From contig NW_018408727.1 of assembly GCF_002113885.1 (NCBI RefSeq), forward strand, positions 276,334 to 340,333: a stretch of DNA of 64,000 bases, written 5' to 3'. The translations under genes and the position numbers were made by a program. The notes beneath the pieces were generated by a model. The model was given only the letters and a program-made list of their open reading frames with translations. It did no database searches and was not told the origin of the DNA. This document shows, piece after piece, positions 1-13,389 of this stretch; positions within the stretch are counted from its first letter, which is position 1, and each line of letters starts with the position of its first letter. The DNA is from Mizuhopecten yessoensis (Eukaryota).

Positions 1-310
1 ACTATACATCACTGTCACGTTGCACGACAACGGTAATAGAAAAAAATGGACCACATTTAAATTGAAATAGTCTCTCAGTTTCTTTGAATATGTTGTGGAA
101 TCATCATCCTTAAAAGATTCGGAATTGTCGGGAAATGTTATAGTTCTGCGGCCGGAATCTTATTATAAATACTGTTCATTTTCCTAATGCTCCAATGGAC
201 TAGTGGTAGTCCATGTCGCCAGAATGGTCCTGCCAACCAATTGACTACGGTCACGCCAGTGAAATGATGTTTCTGGTATTTCTCTACATTGTTCGACATT
301 CAAACTTCCT

Positions 311-745
311 CTACATCCCTGCCTGGAACAGAAAGTCTCCGAGCTTCATCACCTGTTCGTTACACTCCGACGCCACAGCGCGAGAGTCGTTTACACATAA
401 AATAAGCAGGGACTGGGTTCGACACACGGTGCAGCCGTACTCTTCTGCCCGGGCGTAGATACCCTGTTTTCCGTCCGCCAGTCGGACGTCGTAATGCCGA
501 CCACAGACGGTCACGCCGTTCCTAACAACCAAATCGGGATACAATACTCCCTCGGCAATGTGGCTCAACTCACACGCTTGGATCTTAAAGTTTTCCGTGC
601 CTATGATCCGCCTCTTGGTTCGGCGGTCAAATATGGCCATCTGACACGAGTTGGCCTCCACGATGTTTTCCAGCACATAGTCTTCCCAAATCTTCAGGAG
701 ATACTCCTCCTTGAGTGATATACTGTCTATTCGTTGTAGCTCCAT
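311..745 (-). CDS. Profilin family protein, divergent, intronless (144 aa)
   Basis: Has the profilin N-terminal W-x-x-Y motif (IWEDYV), the central NGVTVCGRHY strand (compare NGxxxxGxKY), GIYAR...GCTVCRTQSLLIL beta strands and the C-terminal helix VMKLGDFLFQAGM (compare vekLgDYLxxxGY). Confidence 0.85.
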   Translation of the reverse strand: MELQRIDSISLKEEYLLKIWEDYVLENIVEANSCQMAIFDRRTKRRIIGTENFKIQACELSHIAEGVLYPDLVVRNGVTVCGRHYDVRLADGKQGIYARAEEYGCTVCRTQSLLILCVNDSRAVASECNEQVMKLGDFLFQAGM

Positions 746-2971
746 ATTAGTCTGACAGTTAACTCCTGTCTACAGAGATAAAGTGTCACCTGCTACTATC
801 AACATACCGCTCGTGTGTGTGTACTAAGCCAAATTCTACCCCGTCAACCGTGCTAGGGCTTACAGGTAATTAATAGACTCGTATATATTGAACAGCAATC
901 AATGTGTGGGAATCTCGCGTTTAAACACATGACAATAAGCTTTCATGACCTAACAGGTTACCGTATTTATCACACAAAATAATCAATTAATATTTGGAAT
1001 TGTCCCACTAAATGATGGGTCGATGTTTAAGCTAGGAGATAAAGCCATGTGTATGTCGACGTGAAGTGGGATAGTTATTTCTCAGTAGCGGTCATGCAAA
1101 CACTCAGAGTGTTAGAGGGGGTCAGTCGTAACCTGTATCATATGCATTATTTATATTTCCTATCAATGAAATCCATTAGGTGAAGTCATTCGTTACCTGG
1201 AACACATTGTTTTATTTACAATACAAAGCCAGCAGACATGTGCTCTATTAAAACCGTCTTGTTTGTTCACTTGTTTGCGATTACTAAATAAATGCTGAAC
1301 ATAACTAAAGTAGCATACGTCCTTTTGATATTCTCGCGTTATCGTCCTACGATAAGTAAGAAATATTAACTTGAAAAATAATTAATGAGTCACGTTTTGT
1401 ATTTACGTCTTTGACTACACAATAGTATATGTACAAATTCTAGAGAAATACATGAACATTTTGATGTCACAAGCTAATTCACGAGACATTCGAATAGACA
1501 GTAGATTGTCTCATGTTATTCAGTGTTTTACATCAAGTTAATTATAATAATCGTGTGGCCATCAGGTAGTGGTGTCAAGCAAAAGGCAGTTCTATTTTTT
1601 ATACGAATTAAACTTCCGACTCTTATATAAAATCAGGAAATTATTTTTTTCTTTCGGAGATAAGCACAACCAAAATATTAAGAGAAAAAAATGATAAAAA
1701 GCGATTGTGATGTGTTTGCTATAATTTTAACTTTTTTAACAGAACCAAATTTAATACCAACAGTACCGATTTATTAATAAAATTATAAACGATTAACTAA
1801 ACCAAGGTGACCGAATGCAGGATAGACAGCCATCGGTTATCGACGGTTCTGATATCATTTAATAGTTTCATGTAATTTATTACTGGCATTAAAAGGCAGT
1901 AGGAAAAAATACAATATTAGAAAAGATGATACATCGAAACAAAAGGGAAATGTTCCAATGACCTCCAGCAAACTAAGTAAATTGTGCAATGATAATACAA
2001 TCAAATGCTTCCTAGTAATTCTTACTACATAAAGAACTAATTGTATCCATATAGCTATGGTCCTGGTGAAACAAAATTACTGTATAATAACAAGACGGTA
2101 CATGGCTAATGATGTCTTAACTTCTAAGTAGTACAACTTGATCACTTTTGAATGGTGTCTTGTTTGATAGAAAACACAACACTGTTCATATGTATTAGTT
2201 TGATTCTAGCTGTGTTAGTCTTACGTGGTCCTGAACGGTTTATAACTATACAATATATGATGGCAACAAACTTTGCAAACAGTTGATATCTTAGGTCTGG
2301 CATGAAAACTGCTCTATATATATATAATGCAGGTAAAAACATTCTAGGGCAGAGAAATATTGTCCATTAGAGTGAAAAAGAAAAAGAATGTTCTCTTGCA
2401 TCTTGGAGATTATATAAATTCGACATGTTGCGTGCAATTTGAGTATTCATACTAGTTAACACATTTGTTTCAATGGCTTGTTCCAAGTGTGAGAGCGACT
2501 TCTTATAACATATCCATCGTAATTTAAACTATGCATTGTTCAGATGGTTGTCTTGTGTGTTTTTAGTTAATACCCAATATGTCTATTTCCAGATAAAAGA
2601 TAGGAATAGTAGCAGTATTGAAAGTATGTTGTATATGTTCAAACATCACTTCGTTGAAATATAGGTAATTGAGGAGAGATGTATGACGTGTTAAATGTAT
2701 AAGAAAATCAAATGTCTGGGAAATATCAGTATTATTTTTGTTTGTTTTAAAACATAACGTTGTTTCCCTATGGTTGGAACATGTATTTTTCTTATCATTC
2801 GGCCCCTAAGACGATTCCCCAATATAACATACATAGCCCGTACAAGATAACATTGTGTTCTTTTCAGCTGTCAAAGTTAACAAAGTCAACATTAGTAAGA
2901 CCGTTACTTTAGCACATATGTCTGTATATGCGACCGATACGGTTATCTGGGGTATTGTACTCTTCACATTT

Positions 2972-4170
2972 ACGACACGTACAGCTTACACAGGTAAATA
3001 TATAGACACATAGACGACACGTAAATATACCGACACTACCGTGACACATATACGACACGTACAGCTTACACATGTAAGTATATAGACAAATAGACAACAC
3101 GTAAATATACATACAAACACTACTTATACACACGTTAACATACAAACACTACTTTAACACACGTTAATATACAAACACTACTTTGACACACGTTAATATA
3201 CAAACACTACTTTGACACACGTTAATATACAAACACTACTTTGACACACGTTAATATACAAACACTACTTAGACACACGTTAATATACAAACACTACTTT
3301 GACACACGTTAATATACAAACACTACTTTGACACACGTTAATATACAAACACTACTTTGACACACGTTAATATACAAACACTACTTATACACACGTTAAT
3401 ATACAAACACTACTTTGACACACGTTAACATACAAACACTACTTTGACATACGTTAATATACAAACACTACTTTGACACACGTTAATATACAAACACTAC
3501 TTTGACACACGTTAATATACAAACACTACTTATACACACGTTAACATACAAACACTACTTTGACACACGTTAACATACAAACACTACTTTGACATACGTT
3601 AATATACAAACACTACTTTGACATACGTTAATATACAAACACTACTTTGACACACGTTAATATACAAACACTACTTTGACACACGTTAATATACAAACAC
3701 TACTTATACACACGTTAACATACAAACACTACTTTGACACACGTTAATATACAAACACTACTTTGACATACGTTAATATACAAACACTACTTTGACACAC
3801 GTTAATATACAAACACTACTTTGACACACGTTAATATACAAACACTACTTTGACACACGTTAATATACAAACACTACTTTGACACACGTTAATATACAAA
3901 CACTACTTTGACACACGTTAATATACAAACACTACTTTGACACACGTTAATATACAAACACTACTTATACACAAGTTAATATACAAACACTACTTTGACA
4001 CACGTTAATATACAAACACTNGCATAAACGACACGTACAGCTTACACAGGTAAGTATATAGACAAATAGACGACACGTAAATATACCGACACTACCGTGA
4101 CGCATATACGACACTTACATCTTACACTGGTAAGTATCTAGACACATAGACGACACGTTAATATACCGAA
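2972..4170. repeat. Composite tandem repeat: 80-bp units flanking about 31 copies of a 29-bp unit (acaaacactactttgacacacgttaatat)
   Basis: 80-bp period seen at 2972/3052 and again at 4028-4170. The 29-bp array runs about 3112-4020 and ends at an n. Confidence 0.95.
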
Positions 4171-4624
4171 TGCTGAAACCTGACCGAATTAACTATATTT
4201 CCAATATCATAACAACGTTTTTTGTATACATGTACCTAAAGGCATGAATTATTATGATTTGTGCTTTCAAATGATTATTGGTGTATATGGTAGTTGCGGT
4301 TTACATGGAATCACATCTGTAAAGAATTTTAATACATTTTATATATACATGATTTTTATACATTCTAATTTTCACGTGTTATGTAATTATGTTAATATTT
4401 ATATTGCGTAAACGAGTGTAGTATATATACTAGTAGACATACGTATTTATTGATATCAACACATATTTCAGACTTTGGCATTTATAATGTTTTAGCATGT
4501 GCTTAATATTTTTTAATTTAGTTTGTCGTTAAATATCAATATATATATATAAACAACGTGAGTGTTCTTCAAGCAGCGACCAAAATAATATCCTTGTATT
4601 TTATGCAAATCATGTTGTTGTTAT

Positions 4625-4840
4625 ATGTATATATATATATATAGAATAAAAACAAAAAATTCCAGATCGTCCGCATGATCTGGAATTTTTTGTTTTTATT
4701 CTATATTTTCCTTCGCAAGGACTTATTTATTTATTATCTACTATATATATATATATATATNAATTAACGACCGACTAAAAAACTATTGATAAAGCGATTA
4801 GTTTTTTAGTCGGTCGTTAATTTTATATATATATATATAG
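4625..4840. repeat. (TA)n microsatellites enclosing two near-perfect hairpins
   Basis: Arms at 4639-4668 and 4677-4706 (atatagaataaaaacaaaaaattccagatc and its reverse complement), and a second hairpin at 4762-4822 (aattaacgaccgactaaaaaacta...tagttttttagtcggtcgttaatt). An n lies at 4761. Confidence 0.85.
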
Positions 4841-4981
4841 TATATCATTCATTCTTGAAAATATATACAGACTTACCTTTTAGTTTTTGTCATATATATA
4901 TATCGTAAACTACTAACTTATTGTTTAACTTTTGTGTTATTCTCAACGTCTATATAGTAAGATACAAGATGTTTAATTATA

Positions 4982-5056
4982 ACATATATACATCACGGTA
5001 ACATATATACATCACGGTAACATATATACATCACGGTAACATATATACATCACGGC
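4982..5056. repeat. 19-bp minisatellite x4 (acatatatacatcacggta)
   Basis: Read directly from the sequence. Confidence 0.9.
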
Positions 5057-6121
5057 CTTCTTATGATATATGCATCTCTCATTTGGAAATGTATACAATG
5101 TAAAACCAGTCATAAATATTTATGTAAGTCATCTCAATAATACACTCAATATAACCACTATTACAAATCACTGTAAATATTTCTGAAGATAAAATCAACA
5201 AGACGATACCTAGGTGTCCACAAAACCCTTATTGGAACCCAAAATTGTGAACACTGTGGTAAAATATGAACTAAGGTAAAACTAACGCGATTAATAAATG
5301 AAACTTCGGCCTTCATATCACCCAAAGAGACAGAAATTTCGAAGGGAGGACATGATGGCGACCGTAAAACTTTCTTCAATATGCATATTTTGAAACCCTG
5401 TGCTGTAGATTTGGCCGTCACCAATCCGCATTTGTTATAAAACTATTTCTACATATGATAATCTAACAGACACTTCTAGCACTAATTACTAAAAGTTGAC
5501 TGAAATATGTTTTTCCGGATAATTCTTACATTAACTATCTTTATTCGTTCGTATTAAAAAAAACACTTTTACTATTTTATTACATGAATTCCTTATAAAG
5601 CATGATAAATAAGGCTGAAGTTAACAAGCAGCATCATAAAAGAGGCTAAATCAAAACAGGGAACAAGATTGAGCTTATTTTTAGACGATTCGGAATATTA
5701 GTCGTTGTTATTAATTCACAAGCAAAATATTGATAAATCGATTTGTTCTTCCAAGAAAGAGGCGGAACATTGCAAAAATTAAAAGTTTCGAATCTATACA
5801 CAAACTCATATCATCTTAAAGTGAATGATAAAATATTAATTCATAGACTTCATAAATAACTATTGCAACTGCCATTTTGAGTCCTCTCTGAATTACCTCC
5901 CTTATAATGGTTTTAACTCTAAGAAATCTACATAACAACATAACATAATCAACATGAACAGGAATATTCTGAATGGGAAAAAAGTGATGGGTTCTGATGG
6001 TATCTTACCCCAAAGTATAAATTAACAACTAAATACTTAGTGCAATTAGACCTACGTTAATTCTTTTTTCAATTTACACATCATTATACTATAAAACAAT
6101 CAGGATTTCAACCTAGATGAC

Positions 6122-6188
6122 TCAATTATATATCAATTATATATCAATTATATATCAATTGTTATATCAATTATATATCAATTATATA
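6122..6188. repeat. 11-bp repeat (tcaattatata)n
   Basis: Read directly; about 6 copies. Confidence 0.85.
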
Positions 6189-7751
6189 AATCCGTAGACA
6201 TATTTATCATAAGCTCTCATTTAGACAACAACAAAAAAAGACTTGCGATTAGTTTTCTGTGATCTTAGTAATGCATGTGACGATGTATAGCAGTTAGTTC
6301 TTTTTATTAACATGACTTGGATTGTGTGACAGAAAACAGATCGCAGACTTTTGAAGATTATAAATCTAACATGACCCACACACAACAGATGATTCTCAAA
6401 AATATCATTTTGGCGATTTTTTATCAATGATATCATAAGCAATGAAAAGGTATCAAACTTTTGCAGATAATACTTTGCAGAAAAACGACAAATACTCTGA
6501 AGCTACTCCTGATATACTTGATGTTTATCTCTGAAATCACTATCAGCGTTAAACAAGGTCAGATTTCTTTTAATCAAGGTACAACTGTTGCAGTAAGCAT
6601 GCACTCTTAAACAATCCCCTTACTCTTGAAATTAGTAACATAATCTTAGTTAACAACTTGAATCTTGCCAGTATTTAGGCGGAACAGTTAACAGGGAATC
6701 TAGATTTGGTTTAAACATATTTGTATTGTCTTGGAATTGACAAAATGGATTGGGCACAAGTTCGTACAGCTTAATTAAGCCCTCTCCTAACTTGTATACA
6801 TTTTACGTACATCATAGCTGTCTTAACATGTACATTTCAATAAAAAAAAATGAATTAACAAAATAAAAATAAGAAACAAATTTAGCTTTAATGCACGTAG
6901 GTTGTTATAGAAACATACTCTGTAACACTTTATGTTTTTAATACTACCAACAATAGAACATTTTAAGAAACAGCCTAATTCATAATCTTATCTTTCGACA
7001 AACTGTTTAAATTAAAATTATGCATATCATAACTGGTCTGAGGAGAGGTATACATCTCATCAAATGCTAACTAACAGTATGCGTAAACACAAATAGAAAC
7101 GTTAGAATCCAGAAACAACATCTCCAAAACAGGCATTTATGTTTAAGGTTATCAATAAACACTTGCATATCGCGACAATATCATTCAACAATTCCTGAAT
7201 GTAATATAAACAATACTTACACGTTTAAATGTTTATTGGAAGAAATATCCAAAGTACATCCAGGAAGAACTTATGGACAGTGGTCGGTTTATTACCTATT
7301 TTGTAATTCTGATTTTCATGTGAATATCATATTTATCTTAATACAAACACGTTCTGGAGAAATATTTGCCATTATACATTTATTGTGTATTATAAAATGC
7401 ATAGATATATAATATTTCAATGTGAATTATATGAGTACGTTACCGTATACGTAATGTAAATGTAAATGTGTTTTTATACAAAATTAAAAAAGAGATTTTC
7501 TGAATGCGATATTTTCACTGTTTCAAAAGCAATTCTAGACGTACACTTAATAACTTCTTTCAATCGGATGCCGAATCAAACTTTTTAAGCATATATGGAG
7601 AACCGATAGAAAATACAATCCTGCTCTTTACTGCATATACTGTCCTTGATTGTCTAAGATCATGTTCAAAATCTAAATATGGATTATACATCGTGATTTA
7701 TTTTGCATGCTTGAACAATTTCGTTATTGCACAAGTAAATGTCATGCTTGT

Positions 7752-7950
7752 AGAACATGCTGGAATAGTCTGGAAAGTATCCCACTGGAAATCTAGGTCA
7801 GTCCCTCTCGGTGTACCTTTGTGTTGACCTAAGGTGTATAAACAGAGTACGAGAGTTCCCGAACGTATGTAAACAATTACAAATCCTCGTGAAGGTTCTA
7901 GCTTCCTTAGCTAGAACCGTCTAGAATGTTCTTCTGACAGTGTATATAAA
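7752..7950 (+). promoter_or_regulatory. HSP70 promoter: heat-shock elements and TATA box
   Basis: nGAAn arrays: aGAAcatgctgGAAtagtctgGAAa (7752-7776), TTCccGAA (about 7856), tGAAggTTCt (7890), aGAAccgtctaGAAtgTTCt (7913-7932). TATATAAA at 7943-7950. Confidence 0.8.
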
Positions 7951-8152
7951 CCTGTGTGTGATCAGTTTGTTAGCATTCCTGGATACGAACCCGGCACTAC
8001 AGTACAAGATACCTGACAGAGGTTGTAGCCATACTTAAGGGGCGCTGTAGCCTGAACACATACTGCCATACACAGTTTTTGTCCTATTTCTACTTTCGTT
8101 TTAACGAAATATAGATTGCCAGACGATTTAACATCATATATACAATAACGAG

Positions 8153-10051
8153 ATGACTTCGGCGATTGGAATAGATTTGGGGACCACATACTCGTGTGTG
8201 GGTGTGTTCCAGCACGGTAAGGTGGAAATTATAGCAAACGAACAGGGTAACAGAACCACGCCCAGTTTCGTTGCCTTTTCGGATACGGAAAGACTGATCG
8301 GAGAAGCGGCGAAAAACCAGGTGTCCATGAATCCTGAAAACACTATATTTGATGCGAAAAGGCTCATTGGACGAAAGTTCGATGACCAGCACGTGCAGTC
8401 GGACATGAAGCATTGGTCATTTAAGGTAGTTAATTGTGGCGGTAAACCTAAGTTACAGGTGCAATGTAAAGGCGAGACGAAGCAATTTAACCCGGAGGAG
8501 GTGAGCTCCATGGTGCTGACAAAACTGAAGGAAACAGCTGAGGCGTATCTGGGTAAAAAGGTCAAAGATGCGGTCATAACGGTACCAGCTTACTTCAACG
8601 ACGCTCAGAGGCAAGCGACAAAGGACGCTGGTTTCATCGCCGGACTTAATGTCCTCAGGATTGTCAACGAGCCCACAGCCGCCGCTCTGGCATATGGCTT
8701 GGACAAAAATTTGAAAGGTGAGAAAAATGTTCTCATCTTCGATCTTGGAGGAGGGACGTTCGACGTGTCTGTTTTGACCATTGACGAGGGTTCCATGTTC
8801 GAGGTGAGATCGACTGCCGGGGATACCCATCTGGGCGGGGAGGATTTCGACAACAGGATCGTCAGCCATTTCATGCAGGAGTTCAAGAGGAAAAACGGTA
8901 AGGACATGAGTCAGAACAGTAGGGCAGTCAGGAGACTGCGCACGGCATGCGAACGCGCCAAGAGGACACTGTCGAGCAGCAGTCAGGCCTACCTGGAAAT
9001 AGACGCTTTGTTTGACGGTATTGACTTCAATGGTAAGCTCACAAGGGCAAGGTTTGAGGACTTATGCAACGATTTATTCCGTGCCACTTTGCACCCTGTA
9101 GAAAAGGCGCTCATAGATTCAAAAATAGATAAATCAAGGATTCATGAAGTTATCCTCGTAGGAGGCTCGACACGCATACCGAAGATTCAGAAACTGCTCG
9201 AAGAATTCATGAATGGGAAAAAACTAAACAAATCCATTAATCCTGATGAAGCAGTGGCGTATGGTGCTGCTGTCCAGGCCGCCATTCTTACTGGTGACAA
9301 AAGTGACCTCATCAAGGATGTTCTTCTCATGGACGTGACTCCTCTATCACTGGGAATAGAAACAGCCGGAGGCGTGATGACAAACCTAATAGACCGAAAC
9401 ACGACCGTTCCGACAAAGACGTCCAAAACATTCACCACGTACTCGGACAATCAGCAAGGCGTCAACATAAAAGTGTTCGAGGGGGAACGCGTCATGACCA
9501 GGGACAACAACCGTCTGGGGACTTTTGAACTTGTCGGCATCCCTCCAGCTCCACGGGGCGTGCCTCAGATTGAAGTCCAGTTCGACATCGATGCCAGTGG
9601 TATCCTGAACATCACGGCTGAAGAGAAGAGCAGTGGTAAAACTAATACTATTACCATCACCAACGACCAAGAACGGCTCAGCAAGGAGGACATCGAGAAG
9701 ATGGTCTCCGACGCCGAAAAGTACAAAGAAGAGGACAACAAACAAAGACAGAGAGTTTCCGCAAGGAATCAACTTGAAAATTACGTTTTAAGCGTCAAAA
9801 CAGCGATAGGTAACGCGGGCGATAAAGTGTCGTCTGAAGACAGGGCTGTCGTCAGTCAAAGCTGCGATGAACACATAAAGTGGCTGGATTCTAACACAAC
9901 TGCAGAGGTAGAGGAATTCGAGTACAAACTGAAGGAGTTTCAGAGACTGTGCACACCAATCATGACCAAACTTCACGGAGGCGCCCAACAGGGTGACAGT
10001 GGTGAATCCCAAAATAGCTACAGTGGCCCCATAATAGACGAAATGGATTAA
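8153..10051 (+). CDS. HSP70: Heat shock protein 70, cytosolic inducible type, intronless (632 aa)
   Basis: Signatures [22 protein letters not shown] and [22 protein letters not shown] carries the extra Ser typical of inducible invertebrate HSP70. No GGMP repeats. C-terminus GPIIDEMD. HSEs upstream. Confidence 0.98.
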   Translation: MTSAIGIDLGTTYSCVGVFQHGKVEIIANEQGNRTTPSFVAFSDTERLIGEAAKNQVSMNPENTIFDAKRLIGRKFDDQHVQSDMKHWSFKVVNCGGKPKLQVQCKGETKQFNPEEVSSMVLTKLKETAEAYLGKKVKDAVITVPAYFNDAQRQATKDAGFIAGLNVLRIVNEPTAAALAYGLDKNLKGEKNVLIFDLGGGTFDVSVLTIDEGSMFEVRSTAGDTHLGGEDFDNRIVSHFMQEFKRKNGKDMSQNSRAVRRLRTACERAKRTLSSSSQAYLEIDALFDGIDFNGKLTRARFEDLCNDLFRATLHPVEKALIDSKIDKSRIHEVILVGGSTRIPKIQKLLEEFMNGKKLNKSINPDEAVAYGAAVQAAILTGDKSDLIKDVLLMDVTPLSLGIETAGGVMTNLIDRNTTVPTKTSKTFTTYSDNQQGVNIKVFEGERVMTRDNNRLGTFELVGIPPAPRGVPQIEVQFDIDASGILNITAEEKSSGKTNTITITNDQERLSKEDIEKMVSDAEKYKEEDNKQRQRVSARNQLENYVLSVKTAIGNAGDKVSSEDRAVVSQSCDEHIKWLDSNTTAEVEEFEYKLKEFQRLCTPIMTKLHGGAQQGDSGESQNSYSGPIIDEMD

Positions 10052-11524
10052 ACACGTCAGTGTACAACCACTGTACAGAACTGTGGACCAAGGCACTCAA
10101 TCAAAAAGGTCAATTTAACAATAACATTGAGTTGCTATATGGTTGTAGCAATATCATTTTTGTTGTATTTTGCTATAATTTTGTTTCTATTTTATTGTTA
10201 TTTTCATTGATTTTGAAAATGTTGTTTTCTATAATTATTGCATAAAGGGTTTTTAAATATAACATCAGGTATTTTTAAATATATAAATTATTCATCGACA
10301 AAATAATGTTTCTGAAATGAATAATATATTTGGCTGACATAATGTATTGCCTCTCCCCCTCCCACCTAACTCCCCTTCCCATTTTGCCATTTTAATGATT
10401 TTACTGATATACAATTTCATAATTCAGCTGGAGAAAAAAAAATGTTAAATTGCATCTGGGAAATGCGAGGGTTTCGCTCTCGATATGGCAATATCTGGAG
10501 TTTTGAGGATAGCCTTATGAACGCCAGATCAGTCTAGAGGAGGTCAAACACGGCTCGACTATTAAAGCATGTCATGTGTATGACGTGGTAAACGGGAACA
10601 AAATATATAGTATTAAACAAGGATAAAATCAGACCTCAAATTAGATACAAAAAAAAAGAAAAAAAACATATTCTGAAGGTCACTGCTTTTGTACCTTAAT
10701 TGTTTTGACTTGTTAAATTGCCTCTGCGATATTTGATTGTCATTTCTTAACTGTCTTTGTAATTACCTGCATGTTGTTGTATATCCTAGTTATTACTTAT
10801 TGCATCAAATGTTTGTCGCAAGAGTAGCACTACTGCGACGTTAAATACAAAAATCGTGCATCTTGTATCTCATATATCTTGTTAGCTTTTCCTTCGTCCA
10901 ATATGACACCCGTCAAATCCTATAAAGCATATCAATGATATCTACTACGACAAATCTTAAACAGATACTGACATTTCATTGTTACACATGTCAAGCAAAC
11001 TTAGCAATTAATACCTTGTAGAGAAATCTTTATTAATATAGGCGATTTCTCATAAAATAATAGAATTATTCCTATCAAATGAGGAGATCCAAAGAACAGA
11101 GATATCTGATTTTACATACTATTTTAAAATATATTACATTTAAAGATATATTCAATTATTTTCGAGATATTTAATTTTCTTTTAAAGATATCTGTATTTA
11201 AGATATGTCTCTAATAATTGTTCGACCTCTCTTTGGGTATTAAATGTTAACATGGCTTACCGAAGTTGCAAATCAAGTCCTGTCGTCCATAAACTTCCTT
11301 CAATCTGCAAACATGGATTATATCCTAGAACGAAACGATGTCTTTGCCATTTTGATTCGCAATAGGTTGTGTTAAAATTATGTGGGTTGTCCACATAATG
11401 AAACTATTTATCATTACACTATTTTATTATATATGAAAAACAATTGTGTATAATGATAAATATTTTTATGACGTCATTATTGTCTCCTTTTATGTTTTTA
11501 TGTTATCAAGATACCAAAATGATA

Positions 11525-11748
11525 TACTGCCTACCGGGAATTTTTCGCTCAGTAAAACTTTCACCCTAGCTTCGCCAGACGGAATAATCAATATTCGCTC
11601 ATTGTTAATTACGCCCTTCACATTTACTTACTATAGTATGCATATTATGTTGTGTACTCATGTTCGCTGTGAGGATAAATTCGCCCTCATTACGGCAGAC
11701 GAAAAAGGCGAAAATTAAACTGCAGCAAAACTTTCCCGGTATACTGTG
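11525..11748. mobile_element. MITE-like element with degenerate terminal inverted repeats
   Basis: Left end tactgcctaccgggaatttttcgc; right end gcaaaactttcccggtatactgtg. Confidence 0.55.
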
Positions 11749-12330
11749 TATCACAGTCTCGAGACACAAGAACAAAATATAAACTCAAAGTCTTTGGAAA
11801 TTACAACAACCGAAACAGAAGACCAGCCAATCCCATCTCCGAAATATAGGAGGGTCCACTCTCGATACACAACAAGTGTAGAGAAAATATGTTCGTTGAT
11901 ATCAGAACTCTTTGGATTTCGAAGATTCACCAAAACAAAAGGACAGATAACGTGAAACAGCCCTCTCCTTCAGGTTTTCGCAGAAGAGTAGGTGTTTTCC
12001 TGTAACTCACCCCGATGTCTAATTCCAATAATTTCCGGGAAATCGGTAGGTTACCATCTGTATTAGACACAGTGACTCAATAAGCTTTTCATAATGGCAG
12101 ACACTCCACTATTTTAGTTTGAAAGCGGGTCATGAAAATCAGTAACAATTCAGAAATGAGCACGGATATCCAAAAAATCGAATTAGAACAATAGAAAAAA
12201 ATGTTTTCAGCTATGATAATAAATTTCTTGAGAAATATGAAACCCGTTTTATGGATGTGTCATGGCGTCCAATCCATCGTCATCTCTTAATCTTATTCCG
12301 TCTTTGCGAATTGGAGAGTTATCTTCTCTT

Positions 12331-12476
12331 GGGAGCAGGTATTGATTGTTACGTCATTGGTTTGAGCAGGGACAGTATATACGTCCCTGGTTTGAGCGAG
12401 AAAATTACGTCGTTTTCTCAAAAATTGATGACGTTACTCTCACAGACAAGTGACGTAACAATCAATACCTGCTCCC
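12331..12476. mobile_element. 146-bp MITE with 26-bp perfect TIRs, containing a nested 23-bp mini-insertion
   Basis: TIRs gggagcaggtattgattgttacgtca / tgacgtaacaatcaatacctgctccc. Inner insert 12367-12389 is flanked by a gtttgag duplication. Confidence 0.85.
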
Positions 12477-13389
12477 TAACTCTGCAATACGCAAAGACGG
12501 AATAGAGTAAATTATAAAATATTTAACAAATATGATAAAATTAATAATAATAATAATAATAAACTTTATTTATTGAGGATACAAAACCTGTTTAGCAAAG
12601 CTAATCTTCCACAGGGTCCTCTAAAATTAGACGAGATAAAAAAAATAGCAAGGGAAAAAAACAACAATTTGCCTTTCTAATGAAATTGTCCACGGAACAG
12701 TTAATGGAATTGATATTTCAGTATCGAAACAGGCAGGACTTACATGAACTTAATAAATCATGAAGAAGTGGAACAATAAAACAATAGTATGAATGCCCTC
12801 ATGCCAACATCCAAAATTCGTTTTGATGAAACTTGGAACAATACGGTATGATGTTGATATTATATCATTTATCAAGGCTCGGCGTAATACAGATTTACAT
12901 AAAATAGTCACGTAAACAAAATGATAATTCTAGGTATCGCAGCATGCAGGAATTACAATGGAAACAATTATTCACAAACTCAAATGACACTGTATTATGG
13001 GAAACATACACTGGATCTGTCAGGAGTATCAAAATAGCGAAACTTCAGTAGTTTCAATTTAGAATGGTTCATCATATCAGCACTACAAACTCGTACGCAT
13101 GTTCGATGGTGATAGGAAAAAAAAGGAAAAACAACTTCTGTAGAATCTTGGGTAGAAATCCTCTCCTCATTCAAAGATGAGCCCCATAGAAATTCCCTTA
13201 CTCTCCGATACTTAACCAGGTAAAATCGTTCTTGTATTAGTTGCTGTTTAACTAGACAATCTAATTATTATCCTAAAATAGTTATATACCATAGCAATGG
13301 GGATATCATTATGTCCGTCCGTAAGTACCGTGAAAAAATACAATGTGCCATTCTGATGAAAAAATCCATGCAGATTTTTTTCAGAAAGG

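Noticed and set aside
3112-4020. 29-bp repeats of CRISPR-like length
   Set aside because: Head-to-tail units with no unique spacers, no cas genes and a eukaryotic context.
4639-4822. Hammerhead ribozyme in the hairpins
   Set aside because: No CUGANGA/GAAA core in a three-stem arrangement on either strand.
8090-10096. Antisense ORFs overlapping HSP70
   Set aside because: Shadow frames of the HSP70 coding strand, short and with no independent support.
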